DNA of 15,876 bases from Nitrospirota bacterium. Its GTDB lineage: Bacteria; Nitrospirota; Nitrospiria; 2-01-FULL-66-17. A program made the translations under genes and the position numbers. Every line of letters starts with the position of its first letter. Within the stretch, counting starts at the first letter, position 1. The stretch is from positions 36,950 through 52,825 of the forward strand of contig JBMOMC010000011.1 of NCBI GenBank assembly GCA_049325335.1, in the 5' to 3' direction. The notes beneath the pieces were generated by a model. It had not been told where the DNA came from. It was given only the letters and a program-made list of their open reading frames with translations, and ran no database searches. Positions 7,650 to 15,876 of this stretch are shown here, piece by piece.

Positions 7650-9096
7650 CCTCGCGGTGGAGACGATCCGGTGGTTCAACTACCTCGTCATCATATATTA
7701 TGTCGCGGCCAACGGGGTGTACGGCGCGTTTATTTGGTCGTCGTTTGGACTCACGCTGCGCCACCTTGTACGGATCCGATACGGCGGCTACCCGGCCATC
7801 GCGGCGGCGAAAACGACGCCGCCCGTCTCGGTGTTGGTCCCAGCGTACAACGAAGAAGCCAATATTGTGCAGGCCGTGTGGTCGCTGTTGCGCCTGAACT
7901 ATCCCGCGCACGAAGTCATCATCATCAACGACGGGTCGACCGACGGAACGCTCAAGCGTCTGGTGGAGGAGTTCAAACTCCGTCCGGTTGATCTCATCTA
8001 CCGGCAGCACATCCCAACCCAGCCGGTGCGCCGGTTCTATACCAGTCCGTTAATCCCGGGGCTGACCGTGCTGGACAAGCGTCACGGAGGCAAGGCCGAC
8101 GCGCTGAACGCGGGAATCAACGTCACGCGCGCTCCGTATTTCTGTTCCGTGGACTCGGACTCGATTTTGGAACCCGACGCGTTGGTTCGGTTGGTACGTC
8201 CGATCGTGGAGAGCCCGGACCCCAACGCGATTGTCGCGATCGGTGGGATTGTCCGGGTCGTAAACGGGTCGGAAGTCCACGAGGGTCGCATCAGTAAAAT
8301 CGGTCTGCCGAAAGACGCGCTCTCGATGTTTCAGATCGTCGAATACCTGCGCAGCTTTTTGGTCGGCCGGACCGGATGGGGAGCGTGGAACTCGTTGCTG
8401 GTCGTGTCGGGAGCCTTTTCGCTGCTGCAAAAGCGGGTGGTGCTTGAGGTCGGGGGCTACGACACGGACTCCGTGACCGAGGACATGGAACTGGTGCTCC
8501 GCCTCCATCGCTTCCTGCTCGCCGAGAAACGGCACTATCAGATCGTGTTCGTCCAGGACCCGATTTGTTGGACCGAAGCGCCGACGAGCCTCAGGATGTT
8601 GGCGCGACAGCGTCGGCGGTGGCACCGAGGGATGGTCGAGTCGCTGTTTGTTCATCGGGGAATGATCTTGAACCCCCGATATCGCCAGGTCGGATGGTTC
8701 GCCGTTCCGTATCACCTGTTGATCGAATCGCTGGGACCGGTGATTGAGCTCGGCGGGTATGCGGTGGTCGCGCTGTCGTATGCGATAGGTCTCGTGGACA
8801 CGCGGTTCTTGGTCCTCTTCCTGGTCCTGTCGCTGTTAGTCGGCGTGTTCTTCTCCGTCTCGGCGGTGGTCTTGGAGGAAATGAGCTACCGGCGGTATGT
8901 GCGGTGGCGGGATTTTCTTCGGCTGCTCGCATACGGGGTCCTCGAAAACTTCGGGTATCGCCAACTGTTGGCGTGGTGGCGGTTGCAGGCCCTTGCGCAA
9001 CTCTTCACCAGACGTCGGTGGGAGTACGTGCGAAAACGCGGGTTCCAGAAAAAACGCGCCCAAACCGAAACGGCCGATGGAACACAATGCGCATGA
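7639..9096 (+). CDS. Processive GT2 glycosyltransferase (PgaC/IcaA/NodC-like polysaccharide synthase)
   Basis: GAGGAG RBS before ATG 7639; N-terminal TM helix; VPAYNEE, NDGSTD, GGKADALN, VDSDS, VTEDME, QRRRW (D,D,D,QxxRW); C-terminal TM helices. Confidence 0.93.
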   Translation: MWYDLAVETIRWFNYLVIIYYVAANGVYGAFIWSSFGLTLRHLVRIRYGGYPAIAAAKTTPPVSVLVPAYNEEANIVQAVWSLLRLNYPAHEVIIINDGSTDGTLKRLVEEFKLRPVDLIYRQHIPTQPVRRFYTSPLIPGLTVLDKRHGGKADALNAGINVTRAPYFCSVDSDSILEPDALVRLVRPIVESPDPNAIVAIGGIVRVVNGSEVHEGRISKIGLPKDALSMFQIVEYLRSFLVGRTGWGAWNSLLVVSGAFSLLQKRVVLEVGGYDTDSVTEDMELVLRLHRFLLAEKRHYQIVFVQDPICWTEAPTSLRMLARQRRRWHRGMVESLFVHRGMILNPRYRQVGWFAVPYHLLIESLGPVIELGGYAVVALSYAIGLVDTRFLVLFLVLSLLVGVFFSVSAVVLEEMSYRRYVRWRDFLRLLAYGVLENFGYRQLLAWWRLQALAQLFTRRRWEYVRKRGFQKKRAQTETADGTQCA

Positions 9097-10505
9097 CACG
9101 ATCGGGATTGACGTTGGCGTGGGGGGTGATACTGCTGACCCATGGTCTCGTCATGGCGGATCGTGTGTGGGGTGGGCGGGCGGACACTGCCTATGGCGCT
9201 GGGAACGGAGGCGCAGCCGGAGGAACGATTTTGATCGCGGCTCTGGCCGACGGTGACGCGGCGATGGATCGAGGCGATTATCCCGCGGCCGTTCGGCACT
9301 ATCGCGCGGAACTCAAGCTTCATCCCGAGTCGTATGACGTCAAGTTCAAATTGGCGCGGGCGCTCGCGTTTTCGGGCCACCGCGAGGAGGCGATTGGCCT
9401 GTACACGGAGCTGCTGACCACGCGACCGACGAATTCCGATGTGTTACTGGCACGGGGACGCGTGTACACCTGGGAGAATCGCTGGCGCGAGGCCGAAGCG
9501 GACCTGACGGCGGTGACGACGCGGTTGCCCAACTATGGGGAAGCCTGGTCGGCGCTCGGCGATGTGTACCTTCGCAGCGGGCGTCCCGCGAAGGCCGTTC
9601 AGGCGTACGGCAAATGGATCGGGGCTGGTGCCCAGGACCCTCTCGCGTATATTGCGCGTGCGCGGGCGCACCGAGCGGCTGGGAACGTCGCCGCGGCCCG
9701 AGTCGACTTCGAAGCGGCGCGTGAACGCGGCGGGCCCGATGCCGAGGTTGGGGAGTATCTAGCCTCCCTTGATCCGCGCCGCCGGGATCCGGAGTCAGTG
9801 GCTCCCGACGAATATCGTTGGTTTGGGCGGCTGTCGTCAGGGATCAGCGATTTCTCTCCGGATCGCGGGACGTGGCGCAACTACAGCCTGCTTGTTCGCC
9901 GATACTGGCAACGGGCCTCGCTTGGCGTGGAGCTGCTCCGCGCGGAGCGGTTCGATCAACAGGACCAAGCCCTTGCGCTCGATGCCTACGTTGATCTGTG
10001 GCCACGTTCGTACGCGAACCTTCGCTATCAGTACTCCCGCGCCGCGGTGCTCTACCCGGACAACTCTTATCGTATCGAAGTCTTTCAAGGCGTGGGACAA
10101 GGGTGGGAATTGTCCGCAAGCTACGATCATTTGAGCTTCGACGCCAACAGCGTCGCGTTGTACGGCGCCGGGTTCGGGAAATACACGGGTAACTGGTATC
10201 TACGATGGAAGACGTTGTTCATTCCGTCTTCGGCACGATCGAGCCTCTCGCATCGTGTGCTGAGCCGATATTATTACGCGGGGAACGGCGATGATTACGT
10301 GGAGCTCAACGCAGGATTTGGCCGAGGCGGTGAATTTATCCCAGGAACCACGGTCGTTGACGCCACGAGCAGCCGCTCGGTCGGCCTCGCGTTTCAGACG
10401 TACCCGCATCCGCGTTGGGGCCTGACGTTCTCGGCGGGATATGACAGTGACCGGGATTCTTTTGTTGAACGAAGTCTGTCGGCCGGCGTACTCGCGCGGT
10501 GGTGA
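9093..10505 (+). CDS. TPR-repeat plus YaiO-like outer-membrane beta-barrel protein
   Basis: ATGA overlap with GT2 stop; signal-peptide-like N-terminus; TPR helices (PESYDVKFKLARALAFSG, PTNSDVLLARGRVYTW, PNYGEAWSALGDVY); aromatic-rich beta strands ending in W; family name recalled, not searched. Confidence 0.8.
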   Translation: MTRSGLTLAWGVILLTHGLVMADRVWGGRADTAYGAGNGGAAGGTILIAALADGDAAMDRGDYPAAVRHYRAELKLHPESYDVKFKLARALAFSGHREEAIGLYTELLTTRPTNSDVLLARGRVYTWENRWREAEADLTAVTTRLPNYGEAWSALGDVYLRSGRPAKAVQAYGKWIGAGAQDPLAYIARARAHRAAGNVAAARVDFEAARERGGPDAEVGEYLASLDPRRRDPESVAPDEYRWFGRLSSGISDFSPDRGTWRNYSLLVRRYWQRASLGVELLRAERFDQQDQALALDAYVDLWPRSYANLRYQYSRAAVLYPDNSYRIEVFQGVGQGWELSASYDHLSFDANSVALYGAGFGKYTGNWYLRWKTLFIPSSARSSLSHRVLSRYYYAGNGDDYVELNAGFGRGGEFIPGTTVVDATSSRSVGLAFQTYPHPRWGLTFSAGYDSDRDSFVERSLSAGVLARW

Positions 10506-10580
10506 TGCGCGGTTGGCGGCATGCCGTCCGCTCTGGATCTCCTGTGAGCCGACCCAGCTAGACAGCGCGCAAACCACCCC

Positions 10581-12620
10581 ATGAACACCAGGATCACGGA
10601 AGATCCGAGTGCCTCGTTTGTCGGCAGGGTCGGTCGCTGGACGTCCCTGTTCGTCACGCTCTCTATGGCGCTACTGATCGCCCTCCTTGCCGCGCGAGTG
10701 ATGGAACTGCTGTACGTCCTCATGAAACACGGCGCCCCCTCGGATCTGTCGAACGTGCTCCCGCACGCCTTGCTGTTCGATCTCGCGTGGTTTCTCAAAC
10801 TCCTTGCCGTATTCGTTGTTCCGTTTCTCATTGTCTGTTTCGCGCTGCGCTCCGCGACCGCGCGGTATTGGGCGTACGGCGTCGTGGGATCCGTGGTGAT
10901 TTTCTCGTATACCCTCCTGATTAAGTACTTCACCACGGCACGGGTTCCATTGGGCGCCGATCTCTTTGCGTACTCAGTGCCGGAGATTACGGGCATCATT
11001 CGGACGAGTGCCGCGATCGACGCATTCACCGTGGGCCTGGTGGCTATCCCGCTCCTGCTCTTCTGGGGATCCCTTGCGTGGTTGCGTGTCAGGAAACCCG
11101 TGTCACCCGGGTATGCCGCGGTCATTGTGGGACTCGGCTGGGCGCTGCACGGGACGTCCATTGCGGCACCGGTTCCGACCGCATTCGAGACGGAGTTTTC
11201 CTACAATCTCGCGTCGAACAAGATGGCGGTGTTTGCCGGAGAGTCGTATGCCTACGTTGTCCGGGCCGTGGTCGGCGACAGGCCGTCGGAGTCCGACCCG
11301 ACTACCCGGTCACCCGGTCGCGTGGCCCGATTGACGTATGTGAATCCCGAGTATCCGTTCTTGCGTCAGGAGACCACTCCTGACGTACTCGGCGAATTTT
11401 TCAATCTGGACCCCGCCAAACCGCCCAATGTGGTCGTTCTCCTCGTGGAGGGATTGGGCAAGGCCTTCAGCGGCCCGAACGCGTATTTAGAGAGTTTTAC
11501 CCCGTTCCTGGACGAGCTGGCCGGGAAGAGCCTGTATTGGGAAAATTTCCTGGCATCACAAGGTCGGACTTTCGCGGTGCTGCCGTCGGTGTTGGCCTCA
11601 TTGCCCTACGGAGAGCAGGGCTTTAATGCGTTCGGCAAAAATATGCCGAACCATCACTCGTTACTAAGCGTTCTGAAGCACAACGGCTATCGGACAAAGT
11701 TCTATTCCGGTTCGGATCAGGCGTTCGATTTGGATAATCAACGACTCTTTATCGCGCGTCAGCGCGTAGACGTGGTGGTGACGGAGCAGGACTTTGACGC
11801 GAGGTACAACAAGAACCCGGACACGGGGTGGGGGTACCCTGACCGGGAACTGCTGCGGAAAGCCCTAGAGGTGGAACAACGCGATTTCAAAGAACCGTAT
11901 GTATCGGTTCTTCAGACCATGAGCATGCATTCGCCTTTTTTGGTGCCGGACCAAGACTCGTATATGAAGCTGTTCGAGGAGCGGATGAACCATTTGGGTC
12001 TTGACGAGGCCGCGAAACAGCGGCATCGCGCGGACGCGAACATCTATGCCGCGATCCTCTACGCCGACGACGCGCTACGGCACTTTTTCGACGAATACCA
12101 AAAGCTGCCGGCATACGGCAATACGATCTTCATCCTGACCGGTGATCACCGGTTGCCGGAAATTCCGATGTCGACCAAAATCGACCGGTTCCATGTACCG
12201 TTGATCATCTTTTCGCCGCTGCTCAAGCGGGCGGTCCACTTCGAGTCGATTTCCTCGCACCTAGACATTACGCCGTCGCTGTTGGCGTTGTTTCGGGAAC
12301 GATTCGATCTTCGTACGCCGTCGACCGTGGCGTGGGTCGGGTCGGGACTGGATACCGACCCGACGTTCCGCAACATTCACGCGTATCCGCTCAAACACAC
12401 CAAGAACAATTTGATCGATTTTATCTCGGGCATGTCCTTCATCGATCAAGACGTGTTGTTCACGGTGAGTAAACACATGGACTTGGAGCCGACGAAAAAC
12501 GATCGGGAGAAGAACCGGTTGACGGCGGAGTTTGATGATTACAAATCGCGAAACAACCAGTTCATTCGCGATTTAAAACTGATTCCCGATACCCACTACG
12601 AACAGTTCTACTCCCGGTAG
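10581..12620 (+). CDS. LtaS/MdoB(OpgB)-type membrane phosphotransferase (alkaline phosphatase superfamily)
   Basis: About 5 N-terminal TM helices; PNVVVLLVEG (metal Glu), TPFLDELA, QGRTF (nucleophile Thr), SMHSPF, YADDAL, TIFILTGDH, HVPLII, SHLDITPSLL; no CxPxR sulfatase motif. Confidence 0.85.
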   Translation: MNTRITEDPSASFVGRVGRWTSLFVTLSMALLIALLAARVMELLYVLMKHGAPSDLSNVLPHALLFDLAWFLKLLAVFVVPFLIVCFALRSATARYWAYGVVGSVVIFSYTLLIKYFTTARVPLGADLFAYSVPEITGIIRTSAAIDAFTVGLVAIPLLLFWGSLAWLRVRKPVSPGYAAVIVGLGWALHGTSIAAPVPTAFETEFSYNLASNKMAVFAGESYAYVVRAVVGDRPSESDPTTRSPGRVARLTYVNPEYPFLRQETTPDVLGEFFNLDPAKPPNVVVLLVEGLGKAFSGPNAYLESFTPFLDELAGKSLYWENFLASQGRTFAVLPSVLASLPYGEQGFNAFGKNMPNHHSLLSVLKHNGYRTKFYSGSDQAFDLDNQRLFIARQRVDVVVTEQDFDARYNKNPDTGWGYPDRELLRKALEVEQRDFKEPYVSVLQTMSMHSPFLVPDQDSYMKLFEERMNHLGLDEAAKQRHRADANIYAAILYADDALRHFFDEYQKLPAYGNTIFILTGDHRLPEIPMSTKIDRFHVPLIIFSPLLKRAVHFESISSHLDITPSLLALFRERFDLRTPSTVAWVGSGLDTDPTFRNIHAYPLKHTKNNLIDFISGMSFIDQDVLFTVSKHMDLEPTKNDREKNRLTAEFDDYKSRNNQFIRDLKLIPDTHYEQFYSR

Positions 12621-12728
12621 GTTCTCGCACGATCCCCGAACGGGTTGCAGTTTTCTCCGAGTTGGTAGAAGATGGGGACCTCAACGCCCGTGACCACACA
12701 CGCCTCACACTCCAACGAGCCATCCGCG

Positions 12729-13106
12729 ATGGGCCACAAGCCGGTCCCGGTGCCTGCGCCGAGGCGGTTACTCCGAGCTCTTAGATTCTCCTGGGCGGGC
12801 CTTGCGGCCGCGTGGCGGAGCGAGTGGGCGTTTCGCGTGGACGTGATAGTGTTCCTGGTCGGCGCGCCGGCTGCGCTTTGGCTTGGACACACCGGCCTTG
12901 AACGCGCGGCGCTGATCGCGAGTTTATTCCTGGTGTTGATCGCGGAGTTGGTGAACACGGCGATTGAGGCGGTAGTGGACCGTATCGGGCCGGATCGCCA
13001 CGCGCTCTCAAAAAAGGCCAAGGACGTGGGATCAGCCGTGGTGTTCCTGGCTCTTTTGAACGCCGGCGTGGTTTGGGTGCTGATTCTGTTCTCGCGGCTG
13101 TCCTAA
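12729..13106 (+). CDS. dgkA: Prokaryotic diacylglycerol kinase
   Basis: RLLRALRFSWAGL...EWAFR, ELVNTAIEAVVDRIG, HALSKKAKDVGSA; three hydrophobic segments; alternative start 12672. Confidence 0.92.
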   Translation: MGHKPVPVPAPRRLLRALRFSWAGLAAAWRSEWAFRVDVIVFLVGAPAALWLGHTGLERAALIASLFLVLIAELVNTAIEAVVDRIGPDRHALSKKAKDVGSAVVFLALLNAGVVWVLILFSRLS

Positions 13107-13169
13107 CCAACCGTATAGAACGCCGGCGTCACCGGCGAACGAGTCCATTCTCAACCCAAGGAGGGGATT

Positions 13170-13613
13170 ATGTTCCAAGACTTCAAAGCATTCGTCTTGC
13201 GCGGCAACGTGTTGGACATGGCGGTCGGGATCATCATCGGCGCCGCGTTCGGCAAGATCGTCACGTCCCTGGTCAACGATGTTCTGATGCCGCCGATCGG
13301 ACTGATAGTCGGTCGTGTGAACTTTTCGGACCTTTTCATCAACTTGTCTGACACGGCGTATCCCAGTGTGGACGCGGCCAAGGCCGCTGGCGCGCCGACG
13401 CTCAACTACGGCCTGTTCATCAACACCATGGTGGATTTTCTGATCGTGGCCGCGGTGATCTTTGTCATGGTCAAGCAGTTCGCCCGGCTGCAACGCCAGC
13501 CCGAACCGCCGTCAGCGGTCCCAACCACCAAAGCCTGCCCGCACTGCATCTCGACGATTCCGATTCAGGCCACGCGCTGCCCCAATTGCACTTCGGAGCT
13601 GAGGGCTGCGTAG
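13170..13613 (+). CDS. mscL: Large-conductance mechanosensitive channel with C-terminal zinc ribbon
   Basis: [63 protein letters not shown]; tail CPHC-x10-CPNC. Confidence 0.96.
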   Translation: MFQDFKAFVLRGNVLDMAVGIIIGAAFGKIVTSLVNDVLMPPIGLIVGRVNFSDLFINLSDTAYPSVDAAKAAGAPTLNYGLFINTMVDFLIVAAVIFVMVKQFARLQRQPEPPSAVPTTKACPHCISTIPIQATRCPNCTSELRAA

Positions 13614-13635
13614 CCGGTGAGAATCTTGATCCGTG

Positions 13636-14727
13636 TTACGCGAGACGGTGCGCGGCGAGCGAGGCAGGGTCGCCGCCCAGCCGATGAATATCGGCCGGGC
13701 GGAACGCACCTTTTTCCGTGATGATGGCCGTGATCAACTCGGCCGGAGTCACGTCAAACGCGGGGTTGTCCACGGCCACGTCATCCGGCGCGACGTGCGC
13801 TTGGCCGTTCACGTGCGTGACTTCGCGCGGGTTGCGGGATTCGATCGGAATGTCCGCCCCCGATCGTAACGACAGATCGAGCGTCGAGGTCGGCGCCGCC
13901 ACGTAGAAGGGTAGGCCGTGGTGTTTGGCGAGCACGGCCACGCTGTAAGTCCCGATCTTGTTCGCCACGTCGCCGTTGGCGGTGATGCGGTCCGCGCCCA
14001 CCACGCACGCCTGGACGCGGCCTTGGCGCATCAGCGCGCCTGCCATGTTGTCGGTGATCAACGTCACCGGAATATTGTCCTGCATCAGTTCCCACGCGGT
14101 AAGGCGCGCGCCCTGGAGAATGGGACGGGTCTCGTCCGCCATCACGCGAATTTTCTTGCCGCTCTCCCACGCCGCGCGGATCACGCCCAACGCGGTGCCG
14201 TACCCGCCGGTGGCCAGCGCGCCCGCGTTGCAGTGGGTGAGCACGGTGTCGTTGTTCTTGATGAACGTGGCGCCGATCGCGCCCATGGCCCGGTTCATGG
14301 CCACGTCCTCGTCCAGGATCGTCTGCGACTCCGCGATCAATCGGTCGGTCAACGCGCGCGGTTGCAGCGCTCGGTTCGCGGCCGCCGCGCGTTTCATCCG
14401 ATCCAGCGCCCAGAACAGATTCACCGCGGTTGGCCGCGTCGCGGCCAACTCATCCGCGATCTTGAACAGCCGTCCCTGAAACTCGTCGCCGGACGCGGAC
14501 CCCAGTTCCTTGGCCCCGAGCGCCAGCCCCATCGCCGCCGCGATCCCGATCGCGGGCGCGCCGCGCACCGCGAGGGTCTTGATCGCCTCAGCCACCTCGC
14601 GGTAATCCGCGCAGTCCCAATACACGACCTCGCCGGGAAGACGGCGTTGATCCAATAACCGCACGCGGCCGTTGTGCCAGGCGACGGTGATGAAACGGGG
14701 TTGCGATGTGTTCGATGTCTCGGACAT
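13636..14727 (-). CDS. mtnA: S-methyl-5-thioribose-1-phosphate isomerase
   Basis: [69 protein letters not shown] 14727 lies just downstream of a promoter match. Confidence 0.95.
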   Translation of the reverse strand: MSETSNTSQPRFITVAWHNGRVRLLDQRRLPGEVVYWDCADYREVAEAIKTLAVRGAPAIGIAAAMGLALGAKELGSASGDEFQGRLFKIADELAATRPTAVNLFWALDRMKRAAAANRALQPRALTDRLIAESQTILDEDVAMNRAMGAIGATFIKNNDTVLTHCNAGALATGGYGTALGVIRAAWESGKKIRVMADETRPILQGARLTAWELMQDNIPVTLITDNMAGALMRQGRVQACVVGADRITANGDVANKIGTYSVAVLAKHHGLPFYVAAPTSTLDLSLRSGADIPIESRNPREVTHVNGQAHVAPDDVAVDNPAFDVTPAELITAIITEKGAFRPADIHRLGGDPASLAAHRLA

Positions 14728-14748
14728 AGGGATAATTCCAATTTTCGT

Positions 14749-14778
14749 ATTGTAGGCTGAGCGCGGAAGTGGTGTCAA
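14749..14778 (-). promoter_or_regulatory. Putative sigma70 promoter for mtnA
   Basis: Minus strand TTGACA (14778-14773), 18-nt spacer, TACAAT (14754-14749). Confidence 0.7.
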
Positions 14779-14817
14779 AAGGGCCTACCAGCCCGCCTAG
14801 TACCGCGAGCCGCTATC

Positions 14818-15099
14818 TTATGCGGTGCGCTTGAAGGTGATCCGGGGCTTGAGTCCAGCGGTCGCAGCCATGTCGACGAGCGTGTCGAGTGAGAACAGGT
14901 TGATGCGGCCGCGCATCAGATCAGAAATGCGGGGCTGTGTGACGCCGAACCGCTCAGCCGCTTCGCGCTGCGTCCAACCCGAGCGTCGGATCATCTCTGT
15001 CAGTTCGATCATCAAGTCTGAGCGTGCGCGCATGCTCGCGGCCGCCTGCGGCGTGTCTTCAATCGCGTCCCAGACGCTTGCAAAGCGTTTGCTTTTCAT
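14818..15099 (-). CDS. XRE-family HTH protein, HigA-like antitoxin
   Basis: AGGAG RBS at 15108-15104; FASVWDAIEDTP...MRARSDLM...WTQREAAERFGVTQPRISDLMRGRINLFSLDTLVDM. Confidence 0.88.
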   Translation of the reverse strand: MKSKRFASVWDAIEDTPQAAASMRARSDLMIELTEMIRRSGWTQREAAERFGVTQPRISDLMRGRINLFSLDTLVDMAATAGLKPRITFKRTA

Positions 15100-15134
15100 C
15101 GGACTCCTGTGCCAACAAACGAGACCGGTGTCAT
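15096..15134 (-). pseudogene. Probable remnant of an internally deleted RelE/HigB (Gp49-like) toxin gene: 12-codon ORF MTPVSFVGTGVR
   Basis: ATG ACA CCG GTC TCG TTT GTT GGC ACA GGA GTC CGA TGA; its TGA overlaps the antitoxin ATG; resembles the MKPxxFxG start of Gp49-like toxins. Confidence 0.55.
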
Positions 15135-15147
15135 CGTGTGTCACATG

Positions 15148-15163
15148 ATACAAGTTCTTGTAT
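15148..15163. promoter_or_regulatory. Palindromic operator, probably bound by the XRE antitoxin
   Basis: Perfect inverted repeat ATACAAG-TT-CTTGTAT, overlapping a minus-strand TATCAT -10-like hexamer (15150-15145). Confidence 0.65.
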
Positions 15164-15267
15164 GCCTGTGAAAGCCCCACTTAGGGGCGAACAATGGGGG
15201 GGGGCGGATCTATCCGAATCACGCGGAGGCGACGTCCGGGTCACGACGCCTTCACAGCGGGTCGAAG

Positions 15268-15297
15268 TTGAACCAATAGCGCTTACGAGCTTATACT
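15268..15297 (+). promoter_or_regulatory. Possible sigma70 promoter for the MNT-HEPN pair
   Basis: TTGAAC (15268-15273), 18-nt spacer, TATACT (15292-15297). Confidence 0.45.
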
Positions 15298-15345
15298 AGC
15301 GATCAGTTCTCTCCGGTATTTGTCGTCCAAGAAGGGAGCGGTCAT

Positions 15346-15648
15346 ATGAGGCTCCAAATTCCGATTGATCGTGCACAGATCGAAGCGTTCTGCCGGAAGT
15401 GGAAGATCGCGGAGTTTGCATTCTTCGGGTCCGTTCTGCGGGACGTTTTTCGTCCGGACAGCGACGTGGACGTCCTGGTCACCTTCGCAGACGACGCGCA
15501 CTGGAGCTCGTACGAGTGGGTCGACATGATCGATGAACTCGAACGTCTCTTCGGTCGGAAGGTCGATCTGGTGTCGAGCCGGGGTCTCCGGAATCCATTT
15601 CGTCGTCGTGCCATCCTGAGTTCACCACAAGTCCTCTATGCCGCCTGA
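15346..15648 (+). CDS. Minimal nucleotidyltransferase (MNT) antitoxin
   Basis: FFGSVLRDVFRPDSDVDVLV (GS-x10-DxD), ELERLFGRKVDLV, NPFRRRAIL; GGAG RBS upstream. Confidence 0.92.
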   Translation: MRLQIPIDRAQIEAFCRKWKIAEFAFFGSVLRDVFRPDSDVDVLVTFADDAHWSSYEWVDMIDELERLFGRKVDLVSSRGLRNPFRRRAILSSPQVLYAA

Positions 15649-15751
15649 AAAAGGCGACGCGGCGTATCTGTGGGATATGCTAGACGCCGCGCGAGCGGTC
15701 CGCGAGTTTACCAGCGGTCGCACGTTTCGCGATTACCTTCGCGACCGCATG
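15638..15751 (+). pseudogene. Truncated HEPN (DUF86/HepT-like) toxin
   Basis: Overlaps the MNT stop; MPPEKGDAAYLWDMLDAARAVREFTSGRTFRDYLRDRM is a DUF86-type N-terminus; similarity stops after codon 38 and no R-x4-H motif follows within the window. Confidence 0.75.
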
Positions 15752-15794
15752 CGCAATCCAACGTCGATCTTGACTGGACATTCGTTCTGTCTCA

Positions 15795-15811
15795 TTGCAA
15801 GACCTGACCCC
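15795..15811. repeat. REP-like element end TTGCAAGACCTGACCCC
   Basis: Resembles GGGGTCAGGTCTTGCA-type extragenic palindromes (recalled); degenerate partner arm GTCGATCTTG at 15763-15772. Confidence 0.45.
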
Positions 15812-15876
15812 GGAGGTGGACCCCGGAGGTGGACCCCGGAGGTGGACCCCGGAGGTGGACCCCGGAGGTGGACCCC
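15806..15876. repeat. 13-bp tandem repeat GACCCCGGAGGTG, 5 identical copies plus 6 nt, running to the window end
   Basis: Units start at 15806, 15819, 15832, 15845, 15858 and 15871. Confidence 0.97.

Noticed and set aside
10581..12620. Lipoteichoic acid synthesis or true sulfatase activity
   Set aside because: The outer-membrane barrel implies a diderm host, and the formylglycine CxPxR motif is absent
15174..15195. GCCCC-ACTTA-GGGGC hairpin and TAGGGGCGAA resembling half a GTAG-type REP
   Set aside because: Short, with no matching second arm; too weak to call
15806..15876. CRISPR array
   Set aside because: 13-bp contiguous identical units with no spacers and no cas genes

Overview
A high-GC bacterial window; gene styles suggest Nitrospirota or a Deltaproteobacteria-like lineage (inference only). 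It has four blocks. (1) The 3' end of an FG-GAP/integrin-like repeat protein. (2) A nitrogen-linked cluster: glnA (GS I-beta) with a sigma70 promoter and an ANTAR-like hairpin overlapping a leader terminator, then a MITE-like palindromic element, a 102-aa hypothetical, a HisC-like aminotransferase, a NifA-like GAF/AAA+ sigma54 activator, a duplicated zinc-finger protein and an FmdE-family protein. (3) A putative synthase-dependent polysaccharide system: membrane-anchored HEAT-repeat protein, processive GT2, TPR plus YaiO-like outer-membrane barrel, LtaS/MdoB-type phosphotransferase and dgkA, followed by an mscL with a C-terminal zinc ribbon. (4) mtnA on the minus strand, then decaying toxin-antitoxin modules: an XRE antitoxin whose toxin appears reduced to a 12-codon stub, and an MNT antitoxin with a truncated HEPN toxin. 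The window ends in a REP-like end and a 13-bp tandem repeat. All calls come from motif recognition by eye; no database searches were run.
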